NCBI RefSeq assembly: GCF_004010195.1
Contig: NC_057718.1
Coordinates: 58,859,284 to 58,899,172 of the forward strand
DNA: 39,889 nt
From: Chiloscyllium plagiosum
Lineage: Eukaryota
Reading direction: 5' to 3'
Both the position numbers and the translations under genes were made by a program. The notes under the pieces were generated by a model that worked only from the letters and a program-made list of their open reading frames with translations, searched no databases and was not told the origin of the DNA. How positions within the stretch are numbered: the stretch's first letter is position 1; every line of letters begins with the position of its first letter. Below are positions 12,290 to 24,525 of the stretch, piece after piece.

Positions 12290-12830
12290 AATCAGTGTCT
12301 AATGAGGTAGTAGGTTCATTATGTTAATTTTCTAAATTATTCGATTCTGAAAAGATTCCTCAAAACTGTAAAGTAGTTTATATAGCCCCTCTATTCAAGT
12401 AGGGGAGCAGGGAAGCAAAAAAAAGGCAACTATTGGTGTCTGTCATGGGCAAGATGTTTTACACTTGCAAAACCCCAACATAATTAGAGGAAGTCTGTGA
12501 AAGGGAAATCATGTTTAACCAATTTATTGGAATGCTTTGAAGGAGTAACATGCACTGTGGATAAAGGAGAGTCTGTTTATATACTGTACTTGGATTTTCA
12601 GAAGTCTTTTGATAAGGATCCACATAAGTATTTGTTGTATAAAGTAGGACCTTGTGGTGTCGGGGGAAACGTATCAACTGGGCTAGCCAGCAGAAAGCGG
12701 ATTAGTGTGCACAAATGGGATTTTTTTTCAGTTTGGCAATGTGGAATTCAGAACAGAAAAATATCAGCCATTATCTAATTGGATGGCAAAGCAGATTTGA
12801 AGGGTGAATGGGTCTACTCAGGCACCTATG
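12290..12830 (+). mobile_element. Old, internally deleted CR1 fragment
   Basis: Reads KGKSCLTNLLECFE..YLDFQKSFDK.PH; a CR1-like 3' end follows at 12780-12830. Confidence 0.7.
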
Positions 12831-13393
12831 TTTGTGTGTAATCCATCTTAGACATGCCAATGGCATGCTGCAAAAGTAGGAAGGGTTTCCTGGACAGTGA
12901 TCTAATTGAGAGGAAGTTGGAGTTATCATCATTATCCAAGGATCCAGAGTACAGCATGCAAATGAAAGTGCATATTGCTATAGCAACATGCCACTATTTT
13001 AATCACCAGTTTAATGGGGAAAATTGATTCGTTGCTAGGTGAAGATTGTAAGAAGATGAGTTAGTACCAGAAGAAGCTCATCAAGGTTTAAACTTTTAAA
13101 TCTTTGCTCATGAGATGAGCTTGCTCTTTTGGAGAGCACAGGAATAGGTTGGTCTCCTTTAACCTGAGGTTCTGCTTCATTTCTCAGCTGAAACAACATT
13201 TTGGAAACTAGTTTCTCAGACATCATAAAGTCATCTGAATAGATTGGAAAGCTTGACACCAACTCAGTATTCTCAGGCCCAATCGCTTTTCCATCTGCTT
13301 ATTATTGATGTGGAGGTGCCAGTGTTGGGCCCGGGTGGGCAAAGTTAAAAATCACACAACACCAGGTTATAGTCCAACAGGTTTATTTGAAAG

Positions 13394-13428
13394 CACTAGC
13401 TTTCAGAATGCTGCTCCTTCGTCAGGTA
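13394..13428 (-). ncRNA. Minimal type I hammerhead ribozyme motif (family B), weakened stem II
   Basis: Reverse strand reads tac CTGACGA a ggagc agc attct GAAA gcta gtg. Confidence 0.5.
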
Positions 13429-13805
13429 ACTAGTGGGGCAAGATCAGAAGACACAGAATTTATAGCAAAAGATTATAGTTTCATGCAATTAAAATGCTCT
13501 TTTACAATGGGTTGCAGGTTTAGGTTCATTAATATGTAAATCCCAGAACTATTTTCAAGTCACATTCTTGAGATAACTTAAGGTTTTATAAAAAAAGATG
13601 ACATCTCAGCTCAGACAATGCATTAAAGGTGTGAGGCTAGAGCCTGTTTGAATCCCAATCTTGAGTTACACTAGTTCTATTTCCAAAGTAGGAATTCATA
13701 AAGTGTTTTATATACATTGATTACCGTAGGTTGTGTGCTTTTTGAGCAAAAATAGAATGCATCTGCAAATACAATTCTGCAAATGCAAATTCACCCCATA
13801 GACTT

Positions 13806-14112
13806 ATATATGTGTGTATGTGTGTATATGTGAGGGAGAGAAAGAGAGTGTGAGTGCGTGCATGTGAGTGTGAGTGCACATGTGAGAGGGGGCATTTGTG
13901 TGTGTGCTTAGTAGAATGTGTGCATTAGTGATGGAGTATAAGCCTGTGAGAGGGTGTGTGCATAGGGGGTGTATGTGTGTGTGCCTGAGAAACCGCATGT
14001 ATGCCAGATGGTCTGCATGACTGTGTGAGTATGTAAGTGTGTGTGTATATGTGCTATGTAAGGGTGTGTGTATGTGTGTGCTTTTGTGTGTGTGCATGTG
14101 TGAGAGAAAGAG
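13806..14112 (+). repeat. Degenerate (TG)n/(GA)n microsatellite
   Basis: Directly visible; it lies between the inverted arms of the family B element. Confidence 0.9.
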
Positions 14113-14411
14113 AGTACTTTGGGAATAGAACCAGTCTGAGTCAAGATTACAATACAGACAGACTCTAACCTCACACCTTTAATACATTGTCTGAGCTGAG
14201 ATGTAATTTTTTAAATAAAACCTTAAATTAACTCGAGAATATGACTGAAGAGAAGTTCTATGATTTATATATTAATGAACTGAAATCTGCAACCCATTCT
14301 AATAGATGAAAGACTTAACAATAATCTAAGTTTGTTCAATGTATTATTTCAATTGCATGACACTGTGATATTTTGCTTTAAATTTGTGTCTTATGATTCT
14401 GCCCCACTAGT

Positions 14412-14446
14412 TACCTGATGAAGGAGCAGCGCTCTGAAAGCTAGTG
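14412..14446 (+). ncRNA. Minimal type I hammerhead ribozyme motif (family B)
   Basis: Reads tac CTGATGA a GGAGC agc GCTCT GAA AGCT A gtg: intact core, palindromic AGCU stem III and a predicted CUA cleavage triplet. Confidence 0.7.
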
Positions 14447-14530
14447 CTTCCAAATAAACCTGATGGACTATTACCTGGTGTCATGTGATTTTTAACTCTG
14501 CTTATTATTGACAGACAACAGAAATATATA

Positions 14531-16480
14531 AAACAAAGAACAAACAAAGAAAATTTATAGCCCAGGAACAGGCCCTTCGGCCCTCCAAGCCTGAGCCATT
14601 CCAAGTCCACTGTCTAAACCTATCACTCAATTCCTAAGCATTTGTATCCCCACCTACTCATGCATCTGCCCAGACGCATCTTAAATGAATCTACTGTGCC
14701 TGCCTCCACTACCTCTGCTGGCAATGCAGTCCAGGCGCCTACCACCCTCTGTGTAAAGTACTTGCCATTTGTATTGCCCCTTAAACTTTTCACCTCTCAC
14801 CTTGAAAGCGTGACCTCTCATCATTGAATCCTTCACCCTGGGAGAAAGCTTATCTCTGTCTACCCTTTCTATACCCTTCATGATTTTGTAGACCTCAATC
14901 AGGTTCCCCCTCAATTTCCTTTTTTCTAATAAAAACAAACCTAACCTATTCAACCTCTCTTCATAGCTAACACCTTCCATACCAGGCAACATCCTCATAA
15001 ACCTTCCCTGTACCCTCTCCAAAGCATCCACATCCTTTTGGTAATGTGGGGACCAGAACTGTAGACAGTATTCTAAATGCGGCCAAACCAATGTCGCGTA
15101 TAATTTTAACATGACCTGCCAGCTCTTATACTCAATATCCCATCTGATGAAGGCAAGCATATCATATGCCTTCTTGACCACTCTATCTACCTGTGCAGCA
15201 ACCTTCAGTGTACAATGGACCTGCACTCCCAGATCTCTCTACTCATCAACTTTTCCCAAGACCCTGATGTTTACTGTATAATTCGCTCTAGAATTAGACT
15301 TCCCAAAATGCATCACCTCACATTTGCCTGAATTGAACTCCATCTGCCACTTTTCCACCCAACTCTCCAGTCTATCTATATTCTCCTGTATTCTTTGACA
15401 TTCCCTTATGCTTTCTGCTACTCCACCAACCTTTGTGTGATCTGCAAACTTGCTGATCATACCAACAGTGCCCTCTTCCAGATCATTTATGTATATTACA
15501 AACAACAGTGGCCCCAGCACTGATCCCTGTGGAACACCACTGGTCACCTTTCTCCATTTTGAGAAACTCCCTTCAACTACTACTCTCTGTCTACTATTAC
15601 TCAACCAGTTCTTTATCCATCCAGCTAGAAGACCCTGCACACCATGTGACTTCACTTTCTCTATTAATTTACCATGGGGAACCTTATCAAACGCCTTACT
15701 AAAGTCCATGTATATGACATCTACAGCCCTTTCTTCATCTATCAATTTGGTCACTTCCTCAAAGAACTCTATAAAGTTGGTAAGGCATGAACTCCCCCGC
15801 ACAAAACCATGTTGCTCATCACTGATAAGCCCATTCTTTTCCAAATATAAATAGATTTTATCCCTCAGCACCTTCTCCAGCAACTTTCCCGCCACTGACA
15901 TCAGGCTCACTGGTCTGTAGTTTCCTGTACAAGAAGGGTAGTAGGGATATTCCGGGTAACTACCCTTTTTGTACAGGAGAACATGAGCAACCCTCCCGTC
16001 CTCCGGCATCTGACTGTGTTTAAGGATGCTGCAAAGATATCTGTCAGGGCCCCAGTTATTTCCTCTCTCACCTCCCTCAGCAACCTGGGGTAGATCCCAT
16101 GCAGGCCTCGGGATTTGTCCATGTTAATAACCTCTAGCTTATCCAACACATCTTCCCCACTTATGTCAACGTGATTCAGAGTAATCAAACTTCTATCTCT
16201 AATCTCAAAATTCATCATGTCCCCCTCCTTAGTGAACACTGATGCAAAGTGAATCATTCAGAATCTCACCCATTCTCTCAGGTTCGACACACAACCTTCC
16301 TTCATTATCCTTTAGTGGACCAATCCTTTTTCTAATTACCCGCTTGCTTCTTATATAAGAATAAAAGGCTTTGAGAATCTCCTTAATTCTGCTTGCTAAA
16401 GCTATGTCATGACCCATTTTAGCCTGCTTGATTCCTTGTTTAAGACTTGTCCTACTCTTCGATATTCCTCCAAGGTCCAT
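14531..16480 (-). mobile_element. CR1 LINE, 5'-truncated
   Basis: Motifs YRPVSL, QHGFVRG, MDFSKAFDKVPH, SGVPQGSVLGPLLF, SKFADH and HLEYCLQFWSP; aaacaaag tail. Confidence 0.92.
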
Positions 16481-17024
16481 TCTGCCTGGACCTGTGAAAG
16501 AATTCCCTGACTGCCTTTCCTATGGTTCACTCAATATTTATTTTTCAGATCAAGCAACCACTAGCTCTCGTTCTGATTCAGCTAAACTCAGAAGCCTCAC
16601 AGAAGTGGTGGCAAGCTACAAGACAACCTCCGCCATTTCTGCAAAGGTCTAGTGTCATTTTCCAGTACTATGGTGGTCCAGAACTATACTCAGGGCTATG
16701 GAAACTGCTGTTGTGATCCAAAAGCAGGTTATTACCGTACTTCCAAATCAAATCTGTTAAGTTCCAAGATACCAAATAATCGAGATCCCATTAAATCTCT
16801 GTAACAGTGATAGTTGATGACTCTCCAGTCATTGACCAAAGACCCCTGTCACTGCTTGGAACTTTCACAGGTAGGGCAATTTCCAAATTGGCCTGGACAG
16901 GATGGGAATGAATAATAGGTTGGGTCTGTGCAATATCATCCAGGACATTTATGATTTTCACAGATTCATAGTGTTGCATACGAAAAGCCCGGATTATATC
17001 TTATGCAAAATGCAAGTGAAACTC

Positions 17025-17322
17025 ATGGTGGCTCAGTGGTTAGCACTGCTGCCTCACAGCCCCAGGGTCCCAGGTTTGATTCCAGCCTTGGGCGACTGTC
17101 TCTATGGAGTTTGTACATTCTACCAGTGTCTGCATGGATTTCCTCTGGGTGCTCTGGTTTCCTCCCACATTCCAAAGATGTGCAGGTCAGGTGAATTGAC
17201 CATGTTAGATTGTCCATAGTGTTAGGTGCATTAGTTGGGAGGGAGGTGGGTTACTCTTCGCGGGGTCAGTGTGGACTTGTTGGGCCGAAGGGCTTGTTTC
17301 CGCACTGTACGGAATCTAATCA
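17025..17322 (+). mobile_element. tRNA-derived SINE, HE1/V-SINE-like
   Basis: A-box tggctcagtggtt, B-box ggtttgattcc, conserved body and tail ggccgaagggcttgtttcc..aatctaatc. Confidence 0.88.
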
Positions 17323-18329
17323 TTTTATCTGGCATCCAATCAATATGCAATGCCTGATGATTTAAAATTTGAGATGTTGTCAAATTAATTAGTGTCTACA
17401 TCAGTAATAACATACATAATGTTATGTTTCACCTCCAGATTTTTAGATTGGAACCTTTCACTGTTTAAGTAGATGTGCATATTCTTGACAGAAAATGCTT
17501 TTGACAATATATATAGTAGCCATTGCATTAGGGAATAATACAGTGATGCAGAAGGTCTAGGCATTCTTGCTTCTAATACAGTAAATTTGTAAAATGAAGT
17601 ATTAATATTTTCTCTTGAACAAAGCAATGCAAAGTTATCTTGCAAATGAATATCAAGAGTGCTCAGACCCCTGCAGTCACTATCATTGATATTTATATTA
17701 GCCTAATCCTCCACATTATTTTGACTCCTCACATGTCATAAATTATTTACTTATAAAATTTAAATTTAATGTTTAAATCTGTGCTTCTTTTCAGTATGTG
17801 TTCGTGAGTCCAGAAGAATCCTTCTGTCATCTACATCAAGATTCAAACAGGCTGCTGTATTGGCTCCTTCTGAACAGGGCTCGGTAAATAGTAATTAAGA
17901 ACACAGGTAAAAAATGTAAAAGTACGAAGAGACACTGATTAAAAAATATGATAAGCATGCATGGCTTCAGAAGTGTCCTCCAATCAAAGTTCAAGCCAGG
18001 TTTCAACAATGAAGGCATAGATTTGGAAATTGTAAGTTTTTCTTAATTACCTTTGATAATTTGAGTTTAAAAAATGCTGCTTTTTTTTGTCTTCAGGTGC
18101 TCAGTTTAAAAATAAGATGAAAGGACCTGATTAGTTCAAAGCCAGTTTTGTAACAAATGACCACTTATGTTTCATTTCCTTGAATGGGGAATAATAAAAA
18201 AGAATTGTGCGTCATATACAGTGAGATATGGCAGTAGACAATCTTTAAAAGCTTATGCTTGCCATCCTCTAAATTGCAGTGTAGCACAAAATGTGCATTT
18301 TTATTTTGTTTTTGCACACAGTATATAGA

Positions 18330-18585
18330 GGTCACTGGTTCAGCCAACATTTATTGTCCATCTTCCAATTAAACTTGAGAGGGTAGAACTGCTGTAATCT
18401 ATATTGTCCAGGGACATCCATTGTGTTATGAGGAAGGGAGATCCAGGATTTTGACTGACTAAGCGTGAAGAAATAGTGATAGAGTTTCAAGTCTCGATGG
18501 TGTGTGGTTTCGAGGGGAATTTGAGGTGGTGGGGCTCATATGTGTTTGCTCTATTTATTCTTATGGGTGGTAGAGTTTGTGGATT
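18330..18585 (-). mobile_element. Old 3' fragment of CR1/L2-group LINE family 2
   Basis: Collinear with 20100-20375 and 34820-35100. Confidence 0.6.
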
Positions 18586-19309
18586 TAAAAGGATACCAAT
18601 GTTACCTGGTATCATTGAATCATTGTTTTCAATTCACTGCAGCCTTAGGTCCACTGAACAATAGGCAAGGAGTAGGAGATGTAAAGACTGCCACAATGAC
18701 AATAAATCCTTCAGAAAATAAATAAAACAAACATTTAGCTTGGCTTAGTCACACCAGTTTGGCACAGTCAAACCAGCAGTATTTTTTCTGATCCTATTTC
18801 CCTAAGCAATCTATACTGAAGGTATAGATTGAATCCTGAAGGTGTTAATTCCTCACAGTGATGCAGTTCAATAAAGTGCCGGTTGCCTCTGTTACCAGCC
18901 TCAAGTGGCTGATATTCACACATTAGCCCTGACAGAAACGTGATACTGGGTTGTCCAAGCATGAAGGTGAATACTGCTCTCATCCAACATCTGCACTGAG
19001 ACGCTTCCATCACGCGGCACGGAATAACAATCAGAACTAACTCAGGAGAAACTCATCAGATAAATTTGCTCAGGCAAGGGGAAAATCCAAATAGTTAATC
19101 TATCAAGTGCCTCTTCTTTCGACAGGAGCAAAATGACTGTGAACAAATACAGCAAAGAATGAATGAGAAAGTAATATTCACTAACAGAGGTGAACTCTAT
19201 CTGCACAAGCAAACTTAATGCACAGAGTGAGTAATCAGTTGATGACAATAAAATCAAGGGCTGCAACAATCCTGATCTACACATTCCCTGACCACTTCCT
19301 ACATCAAAA

Positions 19310-20006
19310 TTAGGATCAGGAGTAGGCCACTCAGCCCTTCAAACCTATTCTGCTATTCAGTGAGATCATGGTTGTGTTCAACTTAAATACCATTTTCTTT
19401 CACTAACCTCTTATATTTTGATATTTTTAACATGTAAAAAAATCTAATTTCAATCTTGAACATGCTCAACGATGGAACCTTCACAACACTCTGGGGTAGA
19501 GAGCTTCAATGATTTCTCCTCATCTCAGTCCTAAGTGGTTAGCCCCTAATACTGAGACTATGTATCCTGCTTCTAGAACTCCTCCCCCCAGGGGAAACAA
19601 TCTTCCTCCATCTACCCTTTCAATTCATGTAAGAATATTGTATGTTTGAATGAAATCATCTCTCATTCTCCTAAACTACAGAGAATATAAGCGCCCTTTA
19701 TTTAATCTTTTCTCACAAGTCAACCTTTTATTCCAGGAAAGAGTTTGGCAAATCTTTCTTGCACTCCTTCTATGGAAGCATACTTTTTTTTAAAGGCAAG
19801 AACATCAAGGCGCACACACTACTCCAGGTATAGTCTAAACATGGTTCTATATAATTGTAGCAAGACAGCTTTAGAGTTGAAAATGTGTTGCTGGAAAAGC
19901 GCAGCAGGTCAGGCAGCATCCAGGGAACAGGAGAATCGATGTTTCGGGCATAAGACCCAGCAAGACAGCTTTACACTTGTATTCAAAACCTCTTGTAATA
20001 AAGGCC
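19310..20006 (-). mobile_element. Old CR1 3' fragment containing an 85-bp PLE insert
   Basis: Collinear with 6630-7250 (aggagtaggccactcagccc..). Confidence 0.7.
19874..19958 (-). mobile_element. 85-bp single-arm PLE terminus (family A) with 15-bp TSD
   Basis: TSD agcaagacagcttta at 19859-19873 and 19959-19973. Confidence 0.85.
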
Positions 20007-20069
20007 CTTCCACCTCAATTCTAGCAAAGAATTGATAGAAATCAGACTCAAACTGAAGCCCAAAGGATT

Positions 20070-21275
20070 TATTTTGATTCTTTTTTATCATTTGTGGGAT
20101 CTGGGCTGGCCAGCATTTTTATTGCCCATCCTTGGTTGTCCTTGGTGGTGGTGATCTGCCATCTTGAACCGCTATAGTCCACCTACTGTGGGTTGACCCA
20201 CAATGCCATTAGAGAGGGAATTCCAGGATTTTGACCAAGTGATAGTGAGGGAACCACAATCTATTTCCAAGTCAGGATGATGAATGACTTGAAAGGGAAC
20301 TTGAAGGTTATGGTGTTCCCATATATCTGCTGCCCTTGTCCTTCTGGATCGAAGTTGGCCGTGAATGTGGAAGGTGCTGTCTAAGGATGTTTGATGAATT
20401 TCTGTCGCGCATTTTGTAGATAGTGCACACTGTTGCTACTGAGGTTCAATGGTGGAGGGAGTTGAAGCTTGTAGATGTAATGCTAATCAATCAGTTTGCT
20501 TTGTCCTGAAAGGTGTCAAGCTTTTTGAGTGTTATTGGATCTGCACACATCCAGGCAAGTGGGGAGCATTTCATCATACTCCTGACTTGTCCCTTGTAGA
20601 TGGTGGACAGACTATTTGCCCTGTGGTTGGTGAACAGGCTAAAGAAAGTCAGGAGGTGAGTTACTTGCCATGGTATTCCTAGCCTCTGACCTGCTTTTGC
20701 AGCCATTGTATTTTTGTGGTCAGTCCAGTTGAGTTTTTTGATCAATGGTAGCCCCTAGGATGTTGATAATGGGGAATTCAGTGATGGTAACAACATTGAA
20801 TGTCAAGGAGGTGTGGTTAGATTGTCTCTTATTGGTGATGATCCTAGCCCGGCATTTGTGTGGCATGAATGTTACTTGCCATTTGTCAGCTCCAGCCTGG
20901 ATATTGCCCAGATATTGTTGAATTTGAGCATGGACTGCATCAGTATCTGAGGAGTTGCAAATGATGCTGAGCATTGTGCAATCATTGGTAAACATCCCCA
21001 CTTCTGACCCTGTGATGGAGGGAAGATTACTAATGAAGCAGCTGAAGATGGTTGGGCCTAGGAAACCAATTTGAGGGACCCTGCAGAGATATATTGGAGC
21101 TCAGATGACTGACCTCCAATAACCACAACCACCTTTCTATACGCCAGGTATGACTCCAACCAGTGGAGAGTTTGACCTCTGACACCCAGTGATTCCAGTT
21201 TTACTAGGGCTCCTTGATGCCATACTCAGTCGAATGCAGCTTTGATGTCAAGGGCTGTCATTGTCATCTCATCTA
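20070..21275 (-). mobile_element. CR1/L2-group LINE family 2, 5'-truncated
   Basis: Reverse strand reads EVGMFTNDCT (FADD motif), QAGADKWQVTF and YKGQVRSMM..PLAW. Its 3' end is shared with 34800-35670. Confidence 0.8.
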
Positions 21276-21360
21276 ATCTCACCTCATTTTAATTCATGGC
21301 AAGAATTGGGTATTGGTTGGAGCAGGCAGAGAAATCCTGCTACATGGCACCCTGACTAAG

Positions 21361-21558
21361 GTTAAAAATCACACAACACCAGATTATAGTCCAGCAGGTT
21401 TAATTGGAAGCATTAGCCTTTGGAGCACCGCTCCTTCATCTGGTGAGAGCGGTGCTCCGAAAGCTAGTGCTTCCAATTAAACCTGTTGGACTATAACCTG
21501 GTGTTGTGTGATTTTTAACTTAGTACACCCCAGTCCAACACCGGCATCTCCAAATCAT
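21361..21558. mobile_element. Fold-back PLE-derived element (family B), ~200 bp
   Basis: Arms 21361-21434 and 21447-21520 are inverted, with the tail 21521-21558 on the right arm only. Flanking direct repeat tg(a/g)ctaaggtta at 21353-21364 and 21558-21569. Confidence 0.88.
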
Positions 21559-23827
21559 GGCTAAGGTTAGGATTTTGCATTTAACCATGAGACATAACAC
21601 AAAACGAACTCATTTTTATTCCAATGTTTCATGAATATTTAGAGGTGGGCTTCCCTACTGATTGTCTGCAGAGTCAGGCAGTCCACTCATGTGGTGTCAC
21701 TAATTTGAATATGTTTTCCAACGTTATTTGAAAAGAGTTGTATCCATTTATTAAACATGGTCAAAAGGTAAGTAGATTTCTGATGTGGAAATTGTCATGG
21801 CAGGTCCACAGTTTGAGGCTCCCCAATTTGTTTCGATCTGGACAAGATATCCTTAATGATTGCACACATGAGTGAAGATCAATGAATTAATTCCCTTTTT
21901 TAATTTAACCCCTCTCTTGGTTATGATAAGATTCATCTTTTAAAAAAATTCCTGTCTCATGGATTTCCATTTCCAAACCAATTGTTTGAAGCAGCCATAA
22001 TTAACATAGTTTTCTTCACTTAAAGAAAGGATGAGCTTATTAGCTACAAAATCTGTGAAAAAATAATAAAACAAAATGTCACAGGTATAGCATAGTCTAG
22101 AAACATGAATTGAGTAAAAAGATAACAATTAAAAAGATACAAAACTAAATCCCTGGTTTCTATGAAGAGCAAATAATGGAAAATTATGTCCATTAGGTTG
22201 GAGTAAAGCTGACATTGACAGTAAAGCAGTCAGTTCAAGATTCTTGACTCTGCAGTTGGCTGACAGGCTTTTGTCCTTTTCCCTTCTCTATGTTGACTTA
22301 ACTGGCTTTCTGGGTGTGCAGCACTCAGATTGAGATAGATACTTTATTTCAACTACAGTGCAGGGGTATCTAATGGCTATCCTCAGGCTATGAACGAACT
22401 GTGAACATCCTTTAATGCTCATCAGAGCATTAATAATCAAAGATCAGTAATTGCAGTTTTTTTAAATCTTTTTTTTGTGAATTTCTAGAAGCATAAAACA
22501 CAAACATGTCTACAGTTAGAGATATAATTCACAGTAGATACTTTACACTGAGAGGTGCATTAACCCCTTTTAACTGTCTCTCTTTTGAAAATTCCTTGAC
22601 ACTCTACAGGTGTGATATCCAATTGATTCACACAGGACTATCATGGACAGTCACTAAATGTAATTCCACAGACATCTTTTGACTGTTTCAAAAGCACATG
22701 TTGTAATTAGAACTTCACTTTATTGATAAGTAACCTGAGTTCAGAATCCATTGTTATGACAAGTGGTTTAGGGAAGGAATTTCAGAGCTTAAGACCCACG
22801 TACTGAAAGGTGATGATGTGGTGATGAAAATTGAGGATGTGTAAGAGCTGATATTTGGATGAGCTCAGATAGAGTCATGCAGTCATGGAATCATAGAGAT
22901 GTACGGCATGGAAACAGATCCTTCGGTCCAGATTGTCCATGTTGACCAAATATCCCAAACCAATCTAGACCCACTTGCCAGTGCCTGGCCCACATCCCTC
23001 CAAACCCTTCCTATTCATATACCCATCCAGATGCCTTTTAAATATAACATTGCATCAGCCTCCACCACTTCCTCTGGCAGCCCATTCCATACATACACCA
23101 CCTTCTGCGTGAAAAAGCTGCCCCTTAGGTCTCTTTTATATCTTTCCCTTCACTATAAACCTAGTTCTGGACTCCCACTCCCAGGGAAAAGACCTGATCT
23201 ATTTACCCTATCCATGCCCCTCATGATTTTATAAACCTCTATAAGGCCACTCCTCAGCCTCCGATGCTCCAGGGAAAACAGCCGTAGCCTGTTCAACCTC
23301 TCCTTATAGTTCAAATTCTTCAATCCTGGCAATATCCTTGTAAATCTTTTCTAAACCCTTTCAAGTTTCACAACGGCTTTCCAGTAAGAAGGGGACCAGA
23401 ATGGCATGTAATATTCCAAAAGTGGCCTAACCAATGTCCCGTACAGCCGCAACATGACCTCCCAAGTCTTGCACTCAATATTCTGACCAATAAAGGTCTC
23501 TTTGTTCAGCAACACTCACTAGGACCTTACCATTAAGCGTATAGATCCTGCTAAGATTTGCTTTCCCAATATGCAGCACGTCACATTTATCTAAATTAAA
23601 CGCCATCTGCCACTCCTAAGCCCATTGGCCCATCTGATCCAATATCCCGTTGTAATCTGAGGTAACCTTTTTCGCTGACCACTACATCTCCAATTTTGGT
23701 GTTATCTGCAAACTTACTCACTATACCTCTTATGCTCACATCCAAACCATTTATATAAACAGTGAAAATTAGTGGACTCTGCACCGATCCTTGTGGCACC
23801 CATTGGTCACAGGTCTCCAGTCTGAAA

Positions 23828-24039
23828 GGAGAAAGTGAGGTCTGCAGATGCTGGAGATCAGAGCTGGAAATGTGTTGCTGGAAAAGCGCAGCAGGTCAGG
23901 CAGCATCCAGGGAACAGGAGAATCGACGTTTTGGGCATAAGCCCTTCCTGAAGAAGGGCTTATGCCCGAAACGTCGATTCTCCTGTTCCCTGGATGCTGC
24001 CTGACCTGCTGCGCTTTTCCAGCAACACATTTCCAGCTC
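23828..24039. mobile_element. Fold-back PLE-derived element (family A), 212 bp
   Basis: Arms 23861-23947 and 23953-24039 form an almost perfect inverted repeat, with a 33-nt tail (23828-23860) on the left only. TSD ctccagtctgaaa at 23815-23827 and 24037-24049. Confidence 0.92.
23946..23977 (+). ncRNA. Minimal type I hammerhead ribozyme motif (family A)
   Basis: Reads tc CTGAAGA a GGGC ttat GCCC GAA ACGT C ga; predicted GUC cleavage triplet. Confidence 0.7.
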
Positions 24040-24525
24040 CAGTCTGAAAAACAACCCCCCACCACCACCCTCTGTTTTCTATCTTCGAGCCAGTTCTGTA
24101 TCCAAATGGCTTGTTCTCCTTGTATTCCATGAGGTCTAACTGTGCTCACTAATCTCCCAAGGGAAACCTTGTTGAATGCCATACTGAAGTCCATATAGAT
24201 CACATATATTGCTCTGCCCTAATCAATTCTCTTTGTTATTCCTTCAAAAAACTCAATCAAGTTTGTGAGGTGTGATTTTCCATACACAAAGTCATATTGA
24301 CTATCAGTCCTTGCCTTTCCAAATACATTTACATCCTGACCCTTAGGATTCCCTCCAACAACTTGCCCAATACCGAAGTCAGGCTCACTGGTCATAGTTG
24401 CCTGACTTGTCCTTACCACCTTTCTTAAACAGTGACACTACGTTAGCCAACTTGCAATCTTCTGGCACCTCACCTGTGACTATCGATGGTACAAATATCT
24501 CAGCAAGAGGCCTAGCAATCACTTT

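Larger units (their letters stand above)
13307..14497. mobile_element. Fold-back PLE-derived element (family B) with ~350-380 bp inverted arms
   Basis: 13343-13690 is an imperfect inverted repeat of 14115-14497. The tail at 13307-13342 is on the left arm only, and each arm has a hammerhead motif. Confidence 0.85.

Noticed and set aside
13804..14174. His/Thr-rich ORFs
   Set aside because: Translation of a (CA)n/(TG)n microsatellite.
17025..17095. tRNA gene (A and B boxes)
   Set aside because: It is the head of a SINE present three times in the window; no complete cloverleaf is evident.
21361..24039. Hairpin elements as classical MITEs or pre-miRNA genes
   Set aside because: The arms match PLE 3' termini, are asymmetric and have variable ~12-16 bp TSDs. 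No cognate transposase TIR is present.
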